DNA of 64,000 nucleotides from Omnitrophica WOR_2 bacterium GWF2_43_52 (lineage in GTDB: Bacteria; Omnitrophota; Gorgyraeia; Gygaellales; UBA12090). Position 1 is the first letter of the stretch. Every line of letters begins with the position of its first letter. This document shows positions 1-8,641 of the stretch, piece by piece. The position numbers were made by a program, and so were the translations under genes. The DNA is taken from the NCBI GenBank assembly GCA_001805445.1, contig MHGF01000003.1, positions 184,429-248,428 of the forward strand. The letters are read 5' to 3'. The notes beneath the pieces were generated by a model, which saw only the letters and a list, made by a program, of their open reading frames with translations, was not told where the DNA came from and did no database searches.

Positions 1-1
1 A

Positions 2-484
2 TATTATTGCAGGATTTTTTCAGAATTCTTTAACGTAGAAACTGTCTGCCTGCGTTATTTTAACGTCTTCGGCCCGCGCCAGGCGCTTGATGATGAATAC
101 GCCGTAGTTATCCCTAAATTCATCCACAGCATCCTCCATGACGAACAGCCGCCGATTTTCGGCACAGGCAAACAATCACGGGACTTTACCTATATCGATA
201 ATGTGGTCAACGCCAACATCTTATCCGCATTAACACCGGGAATCAAACACGAAGTCTTTAATGTGGCTAACGGAAAAGACAATACCGTCCTGGAATTAGT
301 GAGTTCACTCAACAAAATTATCGGCAAAAACATAGCCCCGAAGCTGCTACCGGTGCGGGCGGGAGATGTCTTTCGCACTCTTGCTGATATCAGTAAAATC
401 AAGAAACTGCTGAAATTTGAAATATTAGTCAATTTTGAGGAAGGATTAAAGCGGACAGTTGAATATTTCAAGGCGCAAAAGTAA
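2..484 (+). CDS. NAD-dependent nucleotide-sugar epimerase/dehydratase (extended SDR), 5'-truncated by the window edge
   Basis: Frame 2 is open from the window start: YYCRIFSEFFNVETVCLRYFNVFGPRQ...IFGTGKQSRDFTYIDNVV...EVFNVA...RAGDV...FEEGLKRTVEYF, a typical epimerase C-terminal half. Confidence 0.9.
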   Translation, partial: YYCRIFSEFFNVETVCLRYFNVFGPRQALDDEYAVVIPKFIHSILHDEQPPIFGTGKQSRDFTYIDNVVNANILSALTPGIKHEVFNVANGKDNTVLELVSSLNKIIGKNIAPKLLPVRAGDVFRTLADISKIKKLLKFEILVNFEEGLKRTVEYFKAQK

Positions 485-505
485 CCCTGTCCGTACTATA
501 CGCGT

Positions 506-1180
506 ATGAGTAAATTCTTAGACCAAATAAAACAGGTAGAAGCAGAACGGGAAAGAAAGAGGCTAAAAAATAAACCTCCTCAACCGGCCCCTGTTACTCG
601 TGCGCCGCAAGAAAACAACGCCGCGCTTACACCTGATAGCCAAACACTCACACAAGAATCTCCTACAGTTATAGCAAAAAACGCGGCATCTACGAACAAC
701 GATACCGCGCGTCCTGAAAAAGAACAAAGCAATATCACCCCCGCGCTCACGAAGGCCCCGGCTCGACAGGCTGTAGGGTTTATGGTAGGACTTATCGGTT
801 TATCCCTCTGTCTGGCTGCTCTTGCGGCTGTTTTCTACCAAGAGCACGCTAAACTCATTACCACAGCCAAAGCCTATTCCATAGCCATAGAAAACCTTGA
901 AAAAGACATGAGCCGCGTTAAGACTACCCTTCTTGAGGATGAGGATAAAACAAGCGGCATAGAGCTAAAAGTACAGACACTCAACTCAGAAATAGATAAG
1001 CTCTCTCAAGTGGCTAACGGCATGGCTACCCAGATAAGCGCGTTAGAAAGCGCGAAAGACAATCAACAGACAACTATAGAAGCGCTTCTTAAAGAAAAAG
1101 ACGGTTTCATGAACAAAATCGCGGCTCTTCAAGCAGGACTGGAGAGCTTAAAAGAAACAAATAACAAGAAGGGTCAGTAG
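506..1180 (+). CDS. Bitopic membrane protein with Pro-rich linker and C-terminal coiled coil (possibly GspB/ExeB-like)
   Basis: N-terminal MSKFLDQIKQVEAERE motif, low-complexity linker, one TM segment (AVGFMVGLIGLSLCLAALAAVFY), heptad-rich C-terminus. Confidence 0.6.
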   Translation: MSKFLDQIKQVEAERERKRLKNKPPQPAPVTRAPQENNAALTPDSQTLTQESPTVIAKNAASTNNDTARPEKEQSNITPALTKAPARQAVGFMVGLIGLSLCLAALAAVFYQEHAKLITTAKAYSIAIENLEKDMSRVKTTLLEDEDKTSGIELKVQTLNSEIDKLSQVANGMATQISALESAKDNQQTTIEALLKEKDGFMNKIAALQAGLESLKETNNKKGQ

Positions 1181-1244
1181 TAACTTATAGCAAAATGCTA
1201 TAAGGCTAATCGGGAGGGAGGGCAAAGAGAAAAGAGGTAACAAA

Positions 1245-1529
1245 ATGCTAAAATTTGTAATCTTAGTGTCGCTCTTATTATTGACCGCGGGCTGCGGCAG
1301 CGGCGGGAGTGGTTCAGGATTAGGCGCCTTGTTGAGCTTTATCTCATCAAGCCTCTCCGGAGGCTCGGGCAGTAGTAGTAGCAGTTCCTCATCAGGCGGC
1401 TCTTCAGGTTTTTTTTCTGACACAACAATTCACACCGTGCAGAACCCTGAACCCAGCAGCATGGCACTCTTAGCCACCGGCCTTGCCGGCTTTGCAATCG
1501 CGCAATTAAGAAAAAGAAAAAAAAGCTAG
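1245..1529 (+). CDS. Small Gly/Ser-rich lipoprotein with C-terminal PEP-CTERM sorting signal
   Basis: RBS GAGG upstream; lipobox LTAG-C17; C-terminus NPEPSSMALLATGLAGFAIAQLRKRKKS. Confidence 0.85.
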   Translation: MLKFVILVSLLLLTAGCGSGGSGSGLGALLSFISSSLSGGSGSSSSSSSSGGSSGFFSDTTIHTVQNPEPSSMALLATGLAGFAIAQLRKRKKS

Positions 1530-1554
1530 AATTTCAATTCTCTGCAAAACAAAC

Positions 1555-1580
1555 CACCGCCTCCTGTAATGGAGGCGGTG
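1555..1580 (+). terminator. GC-rich hairpin, possible terminator or mRNA processing stem
   Basis: CACCGCCTCC-TGTAAT-GGAGGCGGTG perfect 10-bp stem after the stop codon; no clear U-tract on the + strand. Confidence 0.4.
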
Positions 1581-1607
1581 TGCTTACGAGGCTAAGCCTC
1601 GTAAGCA
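1581..1607. repeat. REP-like palindrome, family B (ACGAGGCTAAGCCTCGT)
   Basis: TGCTTACGAGGCTAAGCCTCGTAAGCA; same core at 20232-20271, 23570-23586 and 38866-38902. Confidence 0.85.
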
Positions 1608-1616
1608 AGAACTTTC

Positions 1617-3050
1617 ATGACGACACTCAAAAAACAGACGATTTCAGGGGTAAAGTGGGTATTTCTTGCCAGTATCGCCCAGAAGCTGCTCTCACTTGGG
1701 GCAACGGTAATCCTGGCGCGCATCCTAAGCCCTGCGGACTTCGGCTTATTTGCCCTTGCCTTTGTGATGATTGACGGCTTCGGTATCTTTAAAAGCTTAG
1801 GCTTTGACTCTGCTTTGGTAAGAAGAAAGGATGATATTGACAAAGCGGCGAATACCGCCTTTTTTCTGATACCGACAATGGGCCTGAGCCTCTTCATCAT
1901 TCTTTTTTTTGTGGCACCTCTTGGCGCGAAATTCTTAGGCAACCCTTCGGTTACCAATGTCATCAGGGCGTTAGCGCTTATCTTTGTTATCGGCTGTTTC
2001 GGCAAAGTGCCCCAGACTATGCTCTATAGGAATATGAGCTTTAACTACAAAGCAATTGCCGAGGTCTCCGCCCAGCTTGTTTATGTACTAACCGCGGTTA
2101 TCCTGGCACTCAATAAACTCGGAGTCTGGAGCTTAGTCATTGCCTATGTCCTAAAGAACATAGTCCAGACAAGCATAGAATGGTATTTCTCCGGCTGGAA
2201 GCCGAAGCTTGAATTTGATAAAACAATAGCCTGGGACATGTTTCACTTTGGCAAGTTTGTGTTACTGAGCTCCATAATCGGCTTTCTTTACGGCAATATG
2301 GATAATATCGTCATTGCCAAATACTTAGGCATTACTATGCTTGGCTATTACGCTATTTCAATGAATATCTCTAATATCTTAAGCGATTACTTCTTTGCGA
2401 AAGTAGGGATGGTAATGTATCCGGCATACTCCAAGCTTCAGGATGATAGCGAAGACATAAAAAAAGTTATGCTCAAGGCCTTGCGCTACATAAGCACTGT
2501 TATACTGCCCTTTAGCTTCGGGCTCTTTGTTTTCGCCCCCGACATCCTGCGTGTGGTCTACGGGCAGAAATGGCTTCCGGCAACGAATGTCCTGCGGATA
2601 CTGGCGTTTGTAGGAATATTTCGCTCATTAGGCAGTGCCATTTGGCCGGTCTTTATGGCGCGGGGGAAATCAAAGGTTGATTTTCAGATAGGCTTAACGC
2701 AGGTAGTTATATTCTTTGTTTTGCTTATCCTGCTGGCGGGAAAATTCAAGCTTATAGGCGCGGGCATCGCGGCACTGCTTGCCGCGCTTATCGCGTTCGT
2801 CATCGGTTTACATAGAATGAAAAAAATCGCCAATATCCGGCCTCTGGATATATTTGAAGCCCTCAAGCCGGCTTTGGGGTGCTCTTTGCTTATGTTAGTA
2901 GGAGCATTCCTGATAAAATCGCTGATGGCATCTCAGCATGTCGCGTATGGCTTTCTCATATCCGCATCCAGCGCCGCGCTGATTTACGCCGGCGCGACCT
3001 ATGTTACCAACAGAAGCGTCTTAAAGGATATGAAAGAAGCATTTATATGA
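1617..3050 (+). CDS. wzx: Polysaccharide flippase (Wzx, WzxC-like)
   Basis: Many TM helices; ILARILSPADFGLFA, GFDSALVRR and LGYYAIS motifs of PST-family flippases. Confidence 0.9.
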   Translation: MTTLKKQTISGVKWVFLASIAQKLLSLGATVILARILSPADFGLFALAFVMIDGFGIFKSLGFDSALVRRKDDIDKAANTAFFLIPTMGLSLFIILFFVAPLGAKFLGNPSVTNVIRALALIFVIGCFGKVPQTMLYRNMSFNYKAIAEVSAQLVYVLTAVILALNKLGVWSLVIAYVLKNIVQTSIEWYFSGWKPKLEFDKTIAWDMFHFGKFVLLSSIIGFLYGNMDNIVIAKYLGITMLGYYAISMNISNILSDYFFAKVGMVMYPAYSKLQDDSEDIKKVMLKALRYISTVILPFSFGLFVFAPDILRVVYGQKWLPATNVLRILAFVGIFRSLGSAIWPVFMARGKSKVDFQIGLTQVVIFFVLLILLAGKFKLIGAGIAALLAALIAFVIGLHRMKKIANIRPLDIFEALKPALGCSLLMLVGAFLIKSLMASQHVAYGFLISASSAALIYAGATYVTNRSVLKDMKEAFI

Positions 3051-3199
3051 GTAACTTGAATTATTTAGGAGAAAGGATATTGCGGATTTTGCGCGTATTA
3101 CTTAGTAGCAGGCTCTACTTTAGTCAACCGCTATATATTCAGCGAGAGATTGAGGATGATTGCGCTTGTTTTAAAATGCTATTTAACGATTATCTGTAA
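3047..3199 (+). pseudogene. Short translationally coupled ORF, probable truncated remnant (radical SAM-like N-terminus)
   Basis: ATGA overlap with the wzx stop; ...FSQPLYIQREIEDDC resembles the P..lqiEiT..C lead-in to a radical SAM CxxxCxxC motif, then runs into the TA module. Confidence 0.35.
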
Positions 3200-3462
3200 A
3201 CATCACGGCGGTGGCCTGCGCGAATTATAAGGATTATATTTCGCGCAGGATACACTTCGTAGATAATACGATAATCGCCTTCGCGCAAGGAATAGCAGCC
3301 TTTTTTACTGCCTGAGAGAGGTTTGCCTTCAAAAGGATTTGATATGAGAGAATCTATGGCGTGCGATAAACGGGAAAACAAAGAATCATTATTCCTGCAA
3401 AGTTTCTTAAACTCACTGGCCGCTTTTGTGTCAAATTCAACAGTGAATTTTCTTGAGTCCAT
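3190..3462 (-). CDS. Type II toxin, RelE/ParE family
   Basis: 90 aa; LISNPFEGKPLSG...YSLREGDYRIIYEV...IIRAGHRRDVYR. Confidence 0.9.
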   Translation of the reverse strand: MDSRKFTVEFDTKAASEFKKLCRNNDSLFSRLSHAIDSLISNPFEGKPLSGSKKGCYSLREGDYRIIYEVYPARNIILIIRAGHRRDVYR

Positions 3463-3649
3463 CTTTAAGAGATTTCCAGCTTATGATTATGCCCTTTTTA
3501 AATCGTTGCCTTGCCTCGGCAATTTCCCGGTCAAGCTTTGGGGTAGGGGTAAAGCCAGCTTCCTTGAGCAGGAGTTCGTACTCTTTGGCAGGAATCATCA
3601 CCATTGGTTGAGTAATGGTAATAGCGTTATGTATGGAATGGTATTGCAT
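3437..3649 (-). CDS. Putative antitoxin
   Basis: Small ORF upstream of and overlapping the toxin; VMIPAKEYELL...EIAEARQRFKKGIIISW pattern; ATG 3649 follows RBS GAGGTG (ORF track start is 3658). Confidence 0.75.
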   Translation of the reverse strand: MQYHSIHNAITITQPMVMIPAKEYELLLKEAGFTPTPKLDREIAEARQRFKKGIIISWKSLKDGLKKIHC

Positions 3650-3669
3650 ATTTATCACCTCTAAATGAA

Positions 3670-3698
3670 AGTATATACGATAAGCACAATAAAGTCAA
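3670..3698 (-). promoter_or_regulatory. Sigma70 promoter of the TA operon
   Basis: Minus strand TTGACT-N17-TATACT. Confidence 0.75.
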
Positions 3699-3713
3699 GG
3701 ATAACAACTATTT

Positions 3714-3790
3714 CCCTCACGGGAATTCCCAAATCCCCTCTCCCTAACGGGGAGAGGGCAGCCTGCCTGCGGCAGGCAGGGGGTGAGGGG
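3714..3790. repeat. Family C palindrome (CCCTCTCCC/GGGAGAGGG...GGTGAGGG) with a nested CCTGCCTGCGGCAGGCAGG palindrome
   Basis: CCCTCTCCC-TAACG-GGGAGAGGG at 3736-3758, nested palindrome at 3762-3780, GGGTGAGGGG at 3781-3790. Confidence 0.8.
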
Positions 3791-3819
3791 GAAGAAAGCT
3801 TTTCAAGGATAAAAATATA

Positions 3820-5040
3820 ATGCATCTTAAAAAAGTAGAGTTGATAAATTCTCCATTCTCTCCTGATTATACCCGTTTAGTAGGAGAGGTAAGCTACGAT
3901 AACCGCGCTTACAATTCAGAGACGTATTGGTTTGACATACCAAAAGGCTATGCGCACAGTAGCAGTACAACAGGAAATCCTTGGCTGACATGTCTATTAC
4001 CGCTGGCGCTCACACTGGGTGAGCCTTTGAGAATTGACCTGCCTGTAGACAAGGTTCTTTTTAAAAACATTACAAAACTGATACAAATATGGAAGTCTTG
4101 GTATCCACAGTTGCAGGCAGAGCCTCTTGAGGTAAATCTAAGCGATACTCAAACTAATTCAGTTGCTAAAACTGCCGCGTTCTTTTCCGGAGGGGTTGAC
4201 GCCTTTTTTACTTTATTAAAAAATAATCCCTCTACTAATCCAGAGGCTCAAACTACTATTGACCATCTTTTAATAGTATGGGGCTTTGACATACCGCTTT
4301 CTAATCCTGCGGCTTTCCTCAGAATGAAAGACAGGCTAAATTCAGCAGCGCTTAAGCTGAATAAGAAGCTTATTGATATCCACACCAATATCAAGACAAC
4401 CCAGTGGAACCGCGCGGATTGGGGGAAACTTTCACACGGCTCGGCGCTGGCAAGCGTCGCGCTCGTGCTTGAAAAAGCCTACAGCAAAGTGTTAATCGCT
4501 TCAACCGGAGGATATTATGATTTGTCACCATGGGGCTCCCACGTGGTAACCGACCCCTTATTGTCAACAAGCGCTTTGCAGATTATCCATGACGGAGCCG
4601 AATTTAACAGAATCCAAAAGACTCAATTTATTTCCAATTTTGAGATAGCTCAAGAAGCGCTCCATGTTTGTTATAAGCATGGCTCGGACGAAAACTGCAG
4701 TGCCTGCACGAAATGTTACCGGACAATGATTATGCTGGATCTATGTAATTCCTTAAAAGCCTTCAAAACCTTCAATCTTAAAAAATACAAAACAAACAAA
4801 ATCGGCAGGATTTTATTATCCCAGCCATCTGACCATTTCTATATGGAACAGATAAAAACCTTAGCAAGAGAAAAGAAACGCCACGATATTTTAAAAGGGC
4901 TTAAGAAAAGTGCAGACTACTCAAAGAGAAGAAACAGGCTTCTAAAATTAGTATCCTGGCAGAACAAGCAGAGGTTTATTTGGAGATTATCAGAACCGTT
5001 TAAGAAAATAATCCTTCTTGGCGCAATACACACACAATGA
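3820..5040 (+). CDS. PP-loop (adenine nucleotide alpha-hydrolase/QueC-like) protein, putative polysaccharide-modifying enzyme
   Basis: FFSGGVDAF PP-loop; C-terminal VC...NCSACTKCYRT Cys cluster. Confidence 0.6.
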   Translation: MHLKKVELINSPFSPDYTRLVGEVSYDNRAYNSETYWFDIPKGYAHSSSTTGNPWLTCLLPLALTLGEPLRIDLPVDKVLFKNITKLIQIWKSWYPQLQAEPLEVNLSDTQTNSVAKTAAFFSGGVDAFFTLLKNNPSTNPEAQTTIDHLLIVWGFDIPLSNPAAFLRMKDRLNSAALKLNKKLIDIHTNIKTTQWNRADWGKLSHGSALASVALVLEKAYSKVLIASTGGYYDLSPWGSHVVTDPLLSTSALQIIHDGAEFNRIQKTQFISNFEIAQEALHVCYKHGSDENCSACTKCYRTMIMLDLCNSLKAFKTFNLKKYKTNKIGRILLSQPSDHFYMEQIKTLAREKKRHDILKGLKKSADYSKRRNRLLKLVSWQNKQRFIWRLSEPFKKIILLGAIHTQ

Positions 5041-5131
5041 ATACGAGAAACGAAGGAAGGAGCACCATTTTTTCAAACAGTAGCGTATTAAGATAAATGA
5101 TAGAGACGCGTATATAAAAGGTAACCTGGGC

Positions 5132-6133
5132 ATGGAAAATACAGAATGCAGAATTTGTCATAATACTGCGGGGAACCAATCGCATGAAGTGAAAGAGATG
5201 CTATTTGGTTTCAGGGATAAATTTGACTACTTTCAGTGCGCAAGCTGCGGCTGTTTACAGATATCAAAAATACCTCCCAACATGTCAAAATATTATCGAA
5301 GCGACTACTATAGCTATACCTTTAAGATAAATGAATTAAAGAAGAGCAAAAACACAGTATTGCAATTCTTAAAAGGGGCCAGAAATGATTATGCGATATT
5401 CAATAGGGGCCTGTTAGGCAAGTTCCTTTATGCTCTATCTCCTGTGGATTGGGTTAAAGAGCGCCTATCAAAACACTTTCCGGGGATGCCAACGGAAATC
5501 CTCTTTACAAAAAAATCGGGCATATTAGACGTAGGATGCGGTAATGGCAAATTGCTCTATTTTTTTAAAGAACTTGGATTTGAAGACGTGCTTGGAATAG
5601 ACCCTTATGGAAAAGACATACTTTATCCGAATGGATTAAAGGTCAAAAAAACATTTCTTCACAATATTGACAGGCACTTTGATTTGATTATGTTTCACCA
5701 TTCTTTCGAACATATCGTAGACCCAGTAAAAACCCTACAGCATGTTTCACGGCTGTTGGCAAAAAATGGCAAATGTGTTATTCGTATCCCCACAGTAGAT
5801 TCTCACGCATGGCGCCACTATAAACATAATTGGGTATCGTTAGATGCTCCACGCCACTTTCATGTTTTTTCAAAAAAAAGCATACATTTACTAGCGCATA
5901 TGGCTGGGCTTGAGCTTATAAAAATTGTTTACGATTCAGACGAATTCCAGTTTTTTGGATCTGAGCAATACAAGAGAGATATTCCCTTAACGGCTGAGCA
6001 ATCTTATGTTGTTAACAAAGATAAGAGCATTTTTTCAGAGAAAGAAATCCTGATGTTTAGAAAAGAGGCTCTGCGTTTAAATGCTGAGAATCAAGGTGAC
6101 TGCGCCGCATTTTACTTGCAAAAACAAGATTAG
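5132..6133 (+). CDS. Class I SAM-dependent methyltransferase with N-terminal Zn ribbon
   Basis: CRIC...CASCG; ILDVGCGNG; FHHSFEHIVDP; DAPRHFHVFS. Confidence 0.9.
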   Translation: MENTECRICHNTAGNQSHEVKEMLFGFRDKFDYFQCASCGCLQISKIPPNMSKYYRSDYYSYTFKINELKKSKNTVLQFLKGARNDYAIFNRGLLGKFLYALSPVDWVKERLSKHFPGMPTEILFTKKSGILDVGCGNGKLLYFFKELGFEDVLGIDPYGKDILYPNGLKVKKTFLHNIDRHFDLIMFHHSFEHIVDPVKTLQHVSRLLAKNGKCVIRIPTVDSHAWRHYKHNWVSLDAPRHFHVFSKKSIHLLAHMAGLELIKIVYDSDEFQFFGSEQYKRDIPLTAEQSYVVNKDKSIFSEKEILMFRKEALRLNAENQGDCAAFYLQKQD

Positions 6134-6252
6134 CCTGATTATAAGACAACACAATTAACCGATTATAAACATTGCAAAGAAATTGTTAAGCCAGGAAAAG
6201 TGAAAGATTTAACCCTCGTCGCATCATTAAATCTGTTAGGGATTGCTCAAAA

Positions 6253-7224
6253 ATGAATACCGAACACAAAGTGTATATAGCGATGCCGACATATAATGGA
6301 GAAAACTTTCTTGCCCAGGCTATCACAAGCGTTTTAGAGCAAACATTTACAGATTGGGAACTTCATATCGTAGACGACTGCTCAAAAGACAAGACTGAAG
6401 AAATTGCACTCTCTTTTAAGCATAAAGAAATATTTTTTCATAAAAATAGCAAAAATTTAGGATTGGTGAGGAATTTCAATAAGAGCCTTGCCTACTGCCG
6501 AAGTGAATATATTTCTTTCTTCCATCAAGACGATATAATGAAACCGGAAAATTTAGAGAAGAAAATTGCAGTACTGAAAAAAAATCCCAACGTAGGATTC
6601 GTGCACTCCAATATTGAATTAATTGATGAAGGAAGTAATCCGTTAGGTATACCCTGGTTTAAGAACAAAAGTTATGACACCATAGAAAAGGGCAGGGAAG
6701 TATTCAATAGCTTATGGCAACAGGGAAACCGTATTATTCTCCCCTCAGTTTTAATTCGAAGCTTGTGTATAAAAGAATGGGGGGGGTTTGATGAACGACT
6801 GCCATACACCTGTGATTATGAGCTCTTCATGAGGATGGCTTACCACTACGACGTTGCTTATCTTCACGAACGACTGATAGAAAGGAGATTGCATAGAAAT
6901 CAAGAAACAAAAAAATATTGTGCTTCTTTAAAAGGTTATCAGCATGATAGGTTAGCACGAACTATAGCTATCGAAAAAAGTAAAATAGAACTACCCCACA
7001 ATGAACTTCGCAAGTTTGAAAAACGTTTCATCGTGTATTATACGCGGTACAGCTACTACGATAACAATATGGCTGAGTGTAAGAAGTTTCTTTTATTCTC
7101 AATAAAGAATCATCCTTCGCTTTACTTAAATATAAGCTTTTTAATCTTATTCTTCAAAATTATTTCGGGCCGCAAAGGGAAATATTTAGCAGGGAAAGTA
7201 AAAAATTTATTATACAAAAGGTGA
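6253..7224 (+). CDS. Glycosyltransferase family 2
   Basis: MPTYNGE...VDDCSKD...FFHQDD...GGFDE...CDYEL. Confidence 0.9.
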   Translation: MNTEHKVYIAMPTYNGENFLAQAITSVLEQTFTDWELHIVDDCSKDKTEEIALSFKHKEIFFHKNSKNLGLVRNFNKSLAYCRSEYISFFHQDDIMKPENLEKKIAVLKKNPNVGFVHSNIELIDEGSNPLGIPWFKNKSYDTIEKGREVFNSLWQQGNRIILPSVLIRSLCIKEWGGFDERLPYTCDYELFMRMAYHYDVAYLHERLIERRLHRNQETKKYCASLKGYQHDRLARTIAIEKSKIELPHNELRKFEKRFIVYYTRYSYYDNNMAECKKFLLFSIKNHPSLYLNISFLILFFKIISGRKGKYLAGKVKNLLYKR

Positions 7225-7254
7225 ATTTCAACTGGACATTTTAATTTAATTATC

Positions 7255-8616
7255 ATGTGTAAAAACAACAGGCAAACGTTATTAAACGCGCTTGGGTTAA
7301 GCTGCTATCAGTTATTCTCTCAAAAAAAAGAGGAAAGGATAAAGGAAAGACTATTTAAACTATCTATCCATCTGCTGGCTTTATGGCTGCATTGTAAGAG
7401 ATTTCTTTCTAAAGATAAAAAAACTTGCCATAAAATCGGGCTACTTACTCCCGAATTCTTCCATAGCGATTGCGGCGGATTTGGAGGGTATGGAGCAAAC
7501 CTAAGGAAAATAACTGATTATGTCAATGGTAATGGAGGCACAATTTCCGCGGATATCCTTCTTACGCGCGCGCATGGGAGCATACCTCATTCTATTAAGA
7601 AATATCATAACGCGTTTGTCTTATTTCGGCCAAACCATCATAAAAGTTACCTGATAAATTTCTTGCGCTATTCCAGAATGGCACGAGGCAGAGGGCTTAA
7701 TCTTCTTATAAGTATAGACTGGTACAAAGATTATGAATATTCTGCCTATGCTTTGCCTATGACCCCTCTTTTGATATGGATACGGGATCCCCGAAGCCTT
7801 AAAGAATGGCAGGCTATCGCTACTGTCCCGCAAGAAATGCAGGCCAGCGGGCACCATACAATACAAAATATAGAAAATATCGTTAATCGTAAACGGGATT
7901 CAATCAACAGGATTGTAAAATTCAGCCGGCAAACAGGCAGAAAGATAGTATTTGCCACTCAAGCAAAATATTTGATAGCACGGGCCAGAGAAGCCTATGG
8001 ATTAGATGTAGGAAACCCTATTTTGCTTCCTAAACCCTTAAACATGCCGAATACTGAAGAAATTACGTATTCTAAAAAACCTTCTCTAGGGTTTTTGGGA
8101 AGACTGGAACCTATCAAAAGGCCATGGATATTCTTTGAACTTGCCAAGAGGTTTCCTCATGTTGATTTTTTGGTCGCGGGTAAAAGCCATTTCCCGGAGA
8201 TTATGGACCCTATAATTAAACGCTATTCCCATCTTCCAAATCTAAAGTTCCTGGGGATGCTCGCGGAAGAGCAAAAAGATGAATTCTTAAGGAATATATG
8301 GGGGCTCCTCCTGCCCAGCATACATGAGGCTATGCCTAATGTATTTGAAGAAGCATTTTCTTATTGCAAACCGGTAGTAAGCTGTCAGAACCCTGATAAC
8401 GTTGTCGCTGAATTCGGGTTTTACACCGGAGAAATTCTGGGGCAAGGACTGGACAATAACTCCTTGGATGCTTTTTCAAAAGCTGTAGAAGAACTTTTAA
8501 CTAATCACGCGTTAAGAAAGGAAAAAGGAATAAGAGCAAGAAAACATGTAGCGGCTGTTAATTCCTTTTCTTATTTTGAGAATACCATAAGTAAGTTCTT
8601 GGCTGACTGTAACTAA
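7255..8616 (+). CDS. Glycosyltransferase family 4
   Basis: FLGRLEPIKRP...LPSIHEAMPNVFEEAFSYCKPVV. Confidence 0.85.
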   Translation: MCKNNRQTLLNALGLSCYQLFSQKKEERIKERLFKLSIHLLALWLHCKRFLSKDKKTCHKIGLLTPEFFHSDCGGFGGYGANLRKITDYVNGNGGTISADILLTRAHGSIPHSIKKYHNAFVLFRPNHHKSYLINFLRYSRMARGRGLNLLISIDWYKDYEYSAYALPMTPLLIWIRDPRSLKEWQAIATVPQEMQASGHHTIQNIENIVNRKRDSINRIVKFSRQTGRKIVFATQAKYLIARAREAYGLDVGNPILLPKPLNMPNTEEITYSKKPSLGFLGRLEPIKRPWIFFELAKRFPHVDFLVAGKSHFPEIMDPIIKRYSHLPNLKFLGMLAEEQKDEFLRNIWGLLLPSIHEAMPNVFEEAFSYCKPVVSCQNPDNVVAEFGFYTGEILGQGLDNNSLDAFSKAVEELLTNHALRKEKGIRARKHVAAVNSFSYFENTISKFLADCN

Positions 8617-8641
8617 CTGATATCAACCGCGCTTAACTATT

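Noticed and set aside
1184-1204. Palindrome CTTATAGCA-AAA-TGCTATAAG upstream of the lipoprotein/PEP-CTERM gene
   Set aside because: Single AT-rich copy; it could be an operator or extended -10, but there is no independent support.
1245-1529. Gly/Ser-rich peptide as a RiPP precursor for the radical SAM/SPASM enzymes
   Set aside because: The lipobox and PEP-CTERM tail explain it as a sorted surface protein; no RRE/PqqD domain or peptidase-transporter was recognised.
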